This document shows positions 57,520 through 64,000 of a stretch of DNA of 64,000 bases, piece by piece; the first letter of the stretch is position 1, and each line of letters opens with the position of its first letter. Source of the stretch: Candidatus Kaiserbacteria bacterium (GTDB lineage: Bacteria > Patescibacteriota > Minisyncoccia > Phycocordibacterales > UBA2100); NCBI GenBank assembly GCA_963767115.1, contig CAVYCR010000003.1, forward strand, positions 109,377 to 173,376, in the 5' to 3' direction. Below the pieces are notes generated by a model, which saw only the letters and a program-made list of their open reading frames with translations, was not told the origin of the DNA and searched no databases. Made by a program: the position numbers and the translations under genes.

Positions 57520-58748
57520 TCAATCTTTGCTGGATGGAGAATCTCGGTCGCCGTCACATGCTCGGGCAGAAATCCGATGCCGATAATGTACGCGGGGATC
57601 TTCTGAAGCGGTGGGATTATATTGAAGAGTCTGAAAAACCACGGCGCACGCACATGCCCCTGCGCACGGAGTACGGTAGAGAAGACTCTTTTGTGCAGGA
57701 ACACCTGTAGCTTCTGTGTACGCCGCGTCGCTCTATCGCGGCGCTTCTGTACGGCATTGAGATCGGCCAAGCTCGGTACTCCTTTAGCGAAGACAGGCGC
57801 CAGAATATTCCCTGCAGCAACAGCATCCTGGATCGCAAGGTTGATGCCGATGCCGCCGACCGGGCTCATCGCATGCGCGCTGTCCCCTATGCAGAGCAGC
57901 CCCTCGCTCGCCCATTGTCTGAGATGATCGACGGCCACGGAGAGCATCTTTACTTGGTCCCACTCTTTCAGCTCATCGACGACACCTGAGAGAAACGGCG
58001 CAAGCGCCACCAAGTCTTTCTTGAAGGCATCGACGCCAGCAAGCTTAAGCGTATCGAACCCTCCTTTTGCGATGATGTATCCACACTGCCAGTAGTCATT
58101 GCGGTCGAGCAAGACGAGGCCCGCGCCAGCGTCGATATACCCGAGCGAGCGCTTGGTGCCGTCGTCGGTACGCGAAAGCCTGAACCACAAGACGTCGATC
58201 GGCGCGCCAAAATCCTCCAGAGGAAGCTTTGCTTTTTCACGGATCGTAGAATGCCGGCCATCAGCACCCACGACGAGATCAGTACGAATTTCAAGTTCGC
58301 CTTCTTTGTTCTTCGCCTTGATGCCGACTGTCTTTCCGTTTTCTACAATTATATCCGTCGCCTCCGTCTCCATCATGAGATGGAAGTGCGGGAACGCTTT
58401 TGCCTTTGCCGACATAAAGTTGAGAAAATCCCACTGCGGGATAAATGCGATGAAGGGAGTGCGCGTCCTGAGGCGAGTGAAATCGGCCGCGATGAACTCC
58501 TCGCCGCCGATGTGCGCATCCATCTGCTGCATCTCGCTGTGCGGCAATGCCAGGAATTCTTCAAGCAGTCCGAGCTCAAAGAGAACTTCCATAGTCGAAG
58601 GATGGATCGTGTCACCACGAAAGTCTCTGAAGAAATCCGGCCACTTTTCGAGCACGACTACATCGATGCCGGCACGAGCCAAGAGATACCCGAGCATGAT
58701 ACCCGCAGGCCCGCCGCCTGCTATCGCGCACCGCGTCGAATGGTTCAT
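57471..58748 (-). CDS. FAD-dependent class-A flavoprotein monooxygenase (PHBH/UbiH-like)
   Basis: CAIAGGGPAGIMLGYLLARAGIDVVVLEK is a Rossmann GxGxxG motif. CIGDSAHAMSPVGGIGINLAIQDA is the GD(A/S)AH...G.G.N motif of this class. Start taken at MNHSTR. Confidence 0.65.
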   Translation of the reverse strand: MNHSTRCAIAGGGPAGIMLGYLLARAGIDVVVLEKWPDFFRDFRGDTIHPSTMEVLFELGLLEEFLALPHSEMQQMDAHIGGEEFIAADFTRLRTRTPFIAFIPQWDFLNFMSAKAKAFPHFHLMMETEATDIIVENGKTVGIKAKNKEGELEIRTDLVVGADGRHSTIREKAKLPLEDFGAPIDVLWFRLSRTDDGTKRSLGYIDAGAGLVLLDRNDYWQCGYIIAKGGFDTLKLAGVDAFKKDLVALAPFLSGVVDELKEWDQVKMLSVAVDHLRQWASEGLLCIGDSAHAMSPVGGIGINLAIQDAVAAGNILAPVFAKGVPSLADLNAVQKRRDRATRRTQKLQVFLHKRVFSTVLRAQGHVRAPWFFRLFNIIPPLQKIPAYIIGIGFLPEHVTATEILHPAKIDYANNIAHETAPATMQ

Positions 58749-59145
58749 GTACGAAGAATAACACGCATTTGGGCGCTCATAATGCCAGTTCGAACCCAAA
58801 ACCCCAGCACTTGACATAAAATTTATATCAACTATATTAATTTTGATCGGCAAAGAAGTCGGTCGGTGCACCTGGAAGCTGTAAATCGCAAGTCAGTCGA
58901 AATCAGAGATACGCAGTAGTCAACAGACGAGAAAAGCAGTTGAATTTCGCATACAGATTGGTCTATGGGGACTGGTCTGGGCGGGAGTCCCATAACTCCC
59001 GCCACCACCAAAAATCCGGTCGCAAGACCGGATTTATTTTTTAAAAAAGGTTTCAACATTGTCCCGAACTCCAAAAAAACTACAACGGAGTGACAAACTG
59101 CCGGTGTGTTACAATCTCCCCATTATTCGTTCATACTTAGAGACC

Positions 59146-59550
59146 ATGTTGAAAGGATTTAGAGATTTTATACTCCGCGGCAACGTTGTCGACCTCGCGG
59201 TCGGTATCGTGATCGGCGCGGCATTCTCGGCGGTCGTGCAGGGCCTCGTGAAGGACCTCATTACGCCCTTGATCGGCGCTGTCGCCCAAGTGCCCAATTT
59301 TTCCAACCTCGTCTTCACGATCAACGGCAGCCAGTTCATGTACGGCGATTTTATCAACCTCCTCGTCGCATTCCTCATCGACGCGGCAGCGATCTACTTC
59401 TTCGTGGTACTGCCAGTCAACAAGCTTATGAACCGTTTCAAAGGGCCGCCTGCCGAGTCCACCACTAAAGCGTGTGAATTCTGCAAGATGGCCGACGTCC
59501 CCAAGGACGCGGTCAAATGCCCGCACTGCGCTTCAGCGCTCGCAGTCTAA
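59146..59550 (+). CDS. mscL: large-conductance mechanosensitive channel with C-terminal zinc-ribbon-like CxxC...CxxC tail
   Basis: MLKGFRDFILRGNVVDLAVGIVIGAAFSAVVQGLVKDLITPLIG is the canonical MscL N-terminus. The C-terminus is CEFCKMADVPKDAVKCPHCAS. Confidence 0.85.
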   Translation: MLKGFRDFILRGNVVDLAVGIVIGAAFSAVVQGLVKDLITPLIGAVAQVPNFSNLVFTINGSQFMYGDFINLLVAFLIDAAAIYFFVVLPVNKLMNRFKGPPAESTTKACEFCKMADVPKDAVKCPHCASALAV

Positions 59551-60431
59551 TAACGCGAGATTCTGAGAAAGCCGTTGGGCTCAAGATACACGCGGAACCG
59601 CCGCGAAGTCTCGTGTGCGCCACCGTTACCGTAAGCATAATTCTGGTACGCGCGCGTCGCATACGACGGTACGCCGATGCCGATCGAGGATGATGCCGCG
59701 GTAGTGCGCTCGACAGTGAAGCTCATACCGTCTGTGCCGAGACTCGATGGCACGGCTGTCGGTTCGCCATTTTGGTTTTGCATCGTGAGCGCTTGTGCGC
59801 CGGAGTCTGCGATGGTTTCACTCGTGCCGTTTTGCATGGTCGATCCGTCGGAGAAGTCGATCGTGCCGAAATCGTCAAGCGAGATGCGCTCTCCGACGCC
59901 CGCCGGCATTTCCTCGATCCATTCTGCCGATGAGAGCGACGAAGCATACATGACCGTCGTCTGATACGACTGTCCGGTCGTGCTGTCGTTAAAATCAATG
60001 CTCCATTCATCAGTCGTTGCCGATTGCAGGGCGATCGAGACACTTACCGAATCGCCGGGATGTATGGTGAGCGGCACCACCTGGGAATTGTCGGGCAGAA
60101 GCTCATACCAGGCCTCATAATCAGTATCCCCGTTACTATCCGGTACCGCTTCTGTGCCTGCCTGTATAAGGTCGTGCGAAAGAACGCCGCCGATGCCCAC
60201 CCACGTGGCGTCAGCACTCGTGTCATTGGTCGTCGTCACGGTCGGGATGACCCACGAGCCCGTGATCTGCGTGTAGCTGCCTATATCAGCGACATACCCC
60301 GACCAATTCAGCGCTGTTGCACTACTAGTAGTAGATCCCGAAGATACAGATTGTGCCGAAGCCGCAAGCGGAGAGACAACCATCAAGAGTGCACACAACG
60401 CGCTAACATATGTGATGTATTTTGTCTGCAT
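59547..60431 (-). CDS. secreted peptidase G1 (eqolisin / Peptidase_A4)-like protein
   Basis: Signal peptide MQTKYITYVSALCALLMVVSPLAASA. NWSGYVA..YTQITGSWVIPTV...ATWVGIGG...YEAWYELLPD follows the scytalidoglutamic-peptidase pattern (NWAGAV..VTGEFTVP...ASAWVGIDG...YDAWYEWYP). Confidence 0.5.
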   Translation of the reverse strand: MQTKYITYVSALCALLMVVSPLAASAQSVSSGSTTSSATALNWSGYVADIGSYTQITGSWVIPTVTTTNDTSADATWVGIGGVLSHDLIQAGTEAVPDSNGDTDYEAWYELLPDNSQVVPLTIHPGDSVSVSIALQSATTDEWSIDFNDSTTGQSYQTTVMYASSLSSAEWIEEMPAGVGERISLDDFGTIDFSDGSTMQNGTSETIADSGAQALTMQNQNGEPTAVPSSLGTDGMSFTVERTTAASSSIGIGVPSYATRAYQNYAYGNGGAHETSRRFRVYLEPNGFLRISRY

Positions 60432-60680
60432 ACACCTCTAGTACGTCCTGTGGATAACTTTTATTTCTTCTTGTGTTTCCTCTTCTGTTTTCTTTTGCAG
60501 GAGATTCACGATCCGTTCATGCAACTTGTTTTATATTTGCGCGTAGACATAGCACTTTGTTGCGCTCATAAGAGCGCTTGCCCGCTACTTTTAGTGGGAC
60601 CACCCAATTAGTCATCAAGGTAAGGTACATTCATGGAAACCAGCACGGAACAAGTCATGGATCTTCGCAAGATCGTGACG

Positions 60681-60728
60681 GCCGGGGCGGCTGCAGCGTC
60701 TAGGCGCGCAGCCGCCCCGGCGTTTTTG
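60681..60728 (+). terminator. GC-rich hairpin plus T-run (ccggggcggctgc-N13-gcagccgccccgg cgtttttggg), terminator/attenuator-like, upstream of the OmpR regulator gene
   Basis: A perfect 13-bp inverted repeat is followed by T5. It lies inside the small + ORF 60633..60881. Confidence 0.5.
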
Positions 60729-60742
60729 GGTTCGATTTCTGT

Positions 60743-60864
60743 GCACAGAGACCGTTGGGTTTTGTATTTTGCCGTCTACGCAGGCCCGACGGGGCCGAGT
60801 CCGAGCGCTGGGCGAGCACGCCCAGATAGCGACGGCAAAATACAAAACCCAACGGTCTCTGTGC
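60743..60864. repeat. long perfect palindromic element, family A: 34-bp stems (60743-60776 / 60831-60864), 54-nt loop
   Basis: gcacagagaccgttgggttttgtattttgccgtc and its exact reverse complement flank the loop tacgcaggcccgacggggccgagtccgagcgctgggcgagcacgcccagatagc. Confidence 0.85.
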
Positions 60865-60964
60865 CCTCATTCACATCATGAAATCTTCATCGTCCGAGAA
60901 TAGTATTACAATAGTTACTAGCTAAACAAAGTAGAAGCTCATTTTAGAAGCTCATGCACTTGTT

Positions 60965-61637
60965 ATGAAAATACTCTTAGTCGAAGATGAAGCCAAGCTC
61001 GCGGCCGCGATCAAGAAGGGGCTCGAGCTCGAGGGATATACGGTCGATATGATCGATGACGGTAAAAAAGCCTTGACACGACTCTCCCTGCATCGCAACG
61101 ATTACGACCTCGTGATTCTCGACCTCATGCTCCCCTCGCTTGACGGCCAGGAAATAACGAAGCAATCGGCGAGATGGGCGTCACGGTGCCGATCCTGATA
61201 CTCACCGCGCGCGCCGAGACGGACACCAAGGTCAGCGTCCTGCTCTCCGGCGCAGACGATTATATCGTCAAGCCGTTTTCATTCGCCGAGCTCTCAGCGC
61301 GCATGCGCGCGATACTACGCAGGCCCGCCGAATCGCTCCCCGAAGTCCTCAAGGTCGGCGATATCGAGCTCAATGCATCGCTCAGACGCGTGCTGCGCAA
61401 CGGTGATGAGATTTCGCTTACACTCAAAGAGTTCGGTCTCTTGGAATACTTCATGCGCCGGCCCAACCAGGTCGTGAACCGCGAAGACCTGCTGAACCAC
61501 TCTGGGACTTCAATTATATCGGTTTTAGCAACGTGGTAGACGTCCATGTCAAAAATCTTCGACACAAACTCTCTGATGCAAACGGCGGCAACATACTGGA
61601 AACGGTTCGCGGCATCGGCTACCGGTTGGTGGCGTAA
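60965..61637 (+). CDS. OmpR-family response regulator, disrupted by two single-base deletions (near 61163-61166 and 61498-61505)
   Basis: ORF 60965..61198 gives MKILLVEDEAKLAAAIKKGLELEGYTVDMIDDGKKALTRL...DLVILDLMLPSLDGQEI then junk. Frame 2 gives ..IGEMGVTVPILILTARAETDTKVSVLLSGADDYIVKPFSFAEL...LKVGDIELNASLRRVLRNGDEISLTLKEFGLLEYFMRRPNQVVNREDLLNH. Frame 3 gives .WDFNYIGFSNVVDVHVKNLRHKLSDANGGNILETVRGIGYRLVA*. Joined, these form a complete REC plus winged-helix protein. Confidence 0.8.
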
Positions 61638-61672
61638 ATACCAGACCGACCCCTTCTTCCGGACGGAAGTCA

Positions 61673-62719
61673 ATGTCGTCGCTTTTGCAAGCGCTCTTCG
61701 CCATCGTGATTATGATCACGATCGGGATCTCTTTCAGCGTGCTCTACCACAACGTCTCGCTCGCCATCCTCGAGGGTATTAGCGCGAGCCTCGCAAGCGA
61801 TGCGCCGACCTCGCTCGGGCCCGTGATCGTGCACGAGATAGAGAACATCCGCACGGTCAACCTCTGGATCATTCTTGGCGTCGTCACGCTCACGACGATC
61901 ATCTTCGGCTACGTCGTCTCAAGGGTGACACTGCGCCCGGCACGCACGGCACTCGCTTCGCAGAAACAATTCATCGGCAACGTCGCGCACGAGCTGCGCA
62001 CGCCGCTTTCGATCATCAAGACCAATACCGAGGTACTGCTCTTCGACCGTTCAATCTCACCTGACATACGCTCCACCCTCGAGAGCAACGTCGAGGAGCT
62101 CGACCGTATTTCGCAGATCATCAACAACCTGCTCTCGCTCTCGAGCCTTGCGCGGCGCGAAAATATGGAATTTGGCCTGATCGATTTTTCCGCGCTCGTC
62201 GCCGCGACAGTCGACAAATACGCGCAGCTCGGCAAGCAAAGCAAGCTCGAGATCGAGCTCAGGCAGGGCGAAGGCATCCGTGTCTGGGGCAACACGACCG
62301 CGCTCGAGCAGGTCGTCGGCAACATCGTAAAAAACGCCATCAACTACACGCCTGTCGGCGGGCGCATCAGCATCACCGTCGATCAGACCGACGAACACGT
62401 CTCATTCGTAGTGCAAGACTCGGGGATCGGCATCGAGCGCAAGGATCTCTTCCGTATTTTTGAGCCTTTCTATCGCGCAGAGCCGTCGCGTGCGCGTCGC
62501 GAAACGCGCTCCGGCAAAGTAAGCGGCAGCGGCCTGGGACTCACCATAGTCTCCGAGCTCATCAAGATGCATGAGGGAAGCATCACCGTGAGGAGTGCTC
62601 TCGGCGCGGGAACGACGGTCACCGTGCTCTTCCCCCTGCCTCAAGGCTTTGACGCAAAACGGCAGTTGGACCAGCAGGCGCTCTCAAGCGAGATCGCGAT
62701 TGATTTCTCCAAGAAGTAG
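61673..62719 (+). CDS. sensor histidine kinase (cognate of the adjacent OmpR regulator)
   Basis: Two transmembrane helices, HisKA (FIGNVAHELRTPLSIIKT) and HATPase_c (GSGLGLTIVSELIKMHEG). Confidence 0.85.
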   Translation: MSSLLQALFAIVIMITIGISFSVLYHNVSLAILEGISASLASDAPTSLGPVIVHEIENIRTVNLWIILGVVTLTTIIFGYVVSRVTLRPARTALASQKQFIGNVAHELRTPLSIIKTNTEVLLFDRSISPDIRSTLESNVEELDRISQIINNLLSLSSLARRENMEFGLIDFSALVAATVDKYAQLGKQSKLEIELRQGEGIRVWGNTTALEQVVGNIVKNAINYTPVGGRISITVDQTDEHVSFVVQDSGIGIERKDLFRIFEPFYRAEPSRARRETRSGKVSGSGLGLTIVSELIKMHEGSITVRSALGAGTTVTVLFPLPQGFDAKRQLDQQALSSEIAIDFSKK

Positions 62720-62838
62720 CGGCTCTCGCGGAGTTTTTGTATTTTGCCGTCTTCGCAGGGCCGGCGGGCCCGAGACCGAGCGCTGGCCTAGCAAGGCCAG
62801 ATAGCGACGGCAAAATACAAAAACTCCGCGAGAGCCGC
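62719..62838. repeat. long perfect palindromic element, family A: 33-bp stems (62719-62751 / 62806-62838), 54-nt loop, starting in the HK stop codon
   Basis: gcggctctcgcggagtttttgtattttgccgtc and its exact reverse complement flank the loop ttcgcagggccggcgggcccgagaccgagcgctggcctagcaaggccagatagc. This is the same core as 60777-60830, with compensatory mini-hairpin changes. Confidence 0.85.
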
Positions 62839-62936
62839 CACCCTACTTTTTAGCCATGCACATTGCACGTTCACAAAGAAAGGCTACAATACCGAAGCTT
62901 ATCAGTTTACTTTTTAAAGTGCCCCGTAAAAAAATT

Positions 62937-63479
62937 GCTATGCAAGAAACAAATCTCTACACCGTTACCATCCCGCCGATGATCAAGACCCTTCGCGCGC
63001 TCTCAGGAGTGCTCGACAAGCTCGATACCCACGCCAAGTCTAAGCAGCTTGAATTTCATCCTGCCGGCATGCAGGAGGACGCGCTTCTCCAGTCGCGCCT
63101 CATCTCAGACCAGTTCCCGTTCGTTCGTCAGGTGCAAGTAGCGTGCGACAACGCCAAAGGCGCGGCGGCTCGCCTCGCCGAAGTCGAGATGCCGAAGTAC
63201 GAAGACACTGAGAAGACGGTCGCCGAGCTCAAAGAGCGCATCAAGAAGACGGTCGCCTTTATGGAGACTATCAAGCCCGAGCAAGTGATCGGCAAGGAAG
63301 GCATTAAGATTTCCCTCCCCTTCTGGAAGGGCAAGCATGTGACCGGCTTCGAGTACGTCACGGAATTTCTCCTGCCCAATTTTTATTTCCACGTCACGAC
63401 GGCGTATTCGATCCTTCGCAAAAACGGCGTCGATTTGGGCAAGGCTGATTATATCGGCGACATTCCACTCAAAGATTAA
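62937..63479 (+). CDS. DUF1993-family protein
   Basis: MQETNLYTVTIPPMIKTLRALSGVLDKL...NFYFHVTTAYSILRKNGVDLGKADYIG matches the DUF1993 pattern. Confidence 0.55.
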   Translation, partial: AMQETNLYTVTIPPMIKTLRALSGVLDKLDTHAKSKQLEFHPAGMQEDALLQSRLISDQFPFVRQVQVACDNAKGAAARLAEVEMPKYEDTEKTVAELKERIKKTVAFMETIKPEQVIGKEGIKISLPFWKGKHVTGFEYVTEFLLPNFYFHVTTAYSILRKNGVDLGKADYIGDIPLKD

Positions 63480-63481
63480 TC

Positions 63482-64000
63482 ATGGCTTCAGCGCTCTCGA
63501 TCAAAGGTCTCACCAAGACCTACAATAATGGTGTTAAGGCGCTCAACGGCGTCGATCTCGACATTCCCGAGGGCGACTTTTTCGCGCTGCTCGGCCCCAA
63601 TGGCGCGGGCAAGACCACGATCATCGGCATCTCGACTGGGCTCGTCAACAAGACAGGCGGCACCGTCGAAGTCTTCGGCCACGACATCGACAAGGAGCCT
63701 GAGCTCGCGAAGACCTTCATCGGCCTCGTCGGGCAGGAGATCAACTTCAACCCTTTCGAGAAGCTCATCGACATGGTCGTGAATCAAGGCGGCTACTACG
63801 GCATCCCGCGCGCCGTCGCGATACCGCGCGCCGAGCAGTTGCTCACAGATCTCGGCCTCGGCGACAAGATGGCAATCAACGGGATGCAGCTCTCGGGCGG
63901 CATGAAGCGTCGCCTCATGATCGCACGCGCGCTCATTCATCAGCCCAAGTTCCTCATCCTCGACGAACCGACCGCCGGCGTCGACGTCGAGCTGCGCCGC
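63482..64000 (+). CDS. ABC transporter ATP-binding protein (5' part; continues beyond window end)
   Basis: The frame from ATG 63482 reads MASALSIKGLTKTYNNGVKALNGVDLDIPEGDFFALLGPNGAGKTT...LSGGMKRRLMIARALIHQPKFLILDEPTAGVD. No stop codon falls inside the window, so it is absent from the ORF track. Confidence 0.85.
   Translation, partial: MASALSIKGLTKTYNNGVKALNGVDLDIPEGDFFALLGPNGAGKTTIIGISTGLVNKTGGTVEVFGHDIDKEPELAKTFIGLVGQEINFNPFEKLIDMVVNQGGYYGIPRAVAIPRAEQLLTDLGLGDKMAINGMQLSGGMKRRLMIARALIHQPKFLILDEPTAGVDVELRR

Noticed and set aside
56541-57710. ORF 56541..57710 (389 aa) overlapping uppP in another frame.
   Set aside because: It is an Arg/His-rich low-complexity translation of GC-rich DNA. The UppP frame carries the canonical ELFPISSLGH motif.
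57471-58748. The FAD-dependent oxidoreductase considered as HemY/CgoX completing the heme cluster.
   Set aside because: Its motifs (GGGPAG Rossmann, GDSAH...GGIGINLAIQDA) are those of PHBH/UbiH-type monooxygenases. HemY has GGGISGL and lacks the GD(A/S)AH motif.

Overview
This window is a gene-dense bacterial chromosome segment with roughly 58% GC and AGGAGG-type ribosome-binding sites. Several features point to a monoderm-type cell envelope: an LPXTG-like (TPNTG) sorting signal, peptidoglycan-binding domains, a HemQ-containing coproporphyrin-dependent heme cluster, and a short HolB.

Gene content by region:
- 0-7 kb: core genes on mixed strands — rseP (5' part, cut by the window start), frr, a short holB-like clamp-loader subunit, a DUF1003 membrane protein, mreB, def, fmt, hpf and tRNA-Asn(GTT).
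- 7-17.5 kb: an accessory, island-like stretch downstream of the tRNA. It holds many small secreted or unknown proteins, a protein built from a near-perfect 162-bp tandem repeat, and a DUF1153 HTH protein beside an atypical OmpR-type regulator. It also carries mobile-element-type genes: a ParB-like gene, an excisionase-type HTH gene and a Rep_trans-like replication initiator. Two families of duplicated intergenic modules (about 150 bp and about 175 bp) punctuate it.
- 17.5-36.5 kb: PhnB/VOC protein, trhO, two histidine kinases with receiver proteins, a NUDIX-like protein, a GH15 glycoside hydrolase, a 698-aa Ig-repeat surface protein with peptidoglycan-binding domains, a PLP fold-II enzyme, a heterodimeric ABC exporter pair, uppS and an SDR.
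- 36.7-52.2 kb: the most striking locus. Two paralogous giant secreted proteins (1099 aa and about 3312 aa) share an N-terminal module and carry tail-fibre/YadA-head-like collar repeats. The larger one contains a pectate-lyase-fold (tailspike-like) domain. Both end in a peptidase-S74 intramolecular-chaperone auto-processing domain followed by an Ig-like module. A GW-repeat secreted protein and a TPNTG-anchored surface protein flank them.
- 52-64 kb: hemC-hemD-hemQ-hemE-hemH, uppP, a flavin monooxygenase, mscL, a secreted peptidase-G1-like protein, an OmpR-type response regulator with its histidine kinase, a DUF1993 protein and the start of an ABC ATPase.

Two window-wide patterns stand out:
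- Several families of long perfect palindromic elements (28-34 bp stems, 50-72 nt loops) sit immediately 3' of stop codons. Their conserved cores show compensatory changes in small internal hairpins.
- Conserved genes are broken by single-base frameshifts at least seven times: mreB, fmt, trhO, ABC exporter B, the OmpR regulator twice, and the def/fmt junction. This suggests uncorrected indel errors or genuine gene decay.

A 13-bp palindrome, ACAATCWGATTGT, recurs in frame inside the ABC exporter B gene (several copies) and once in hemE.
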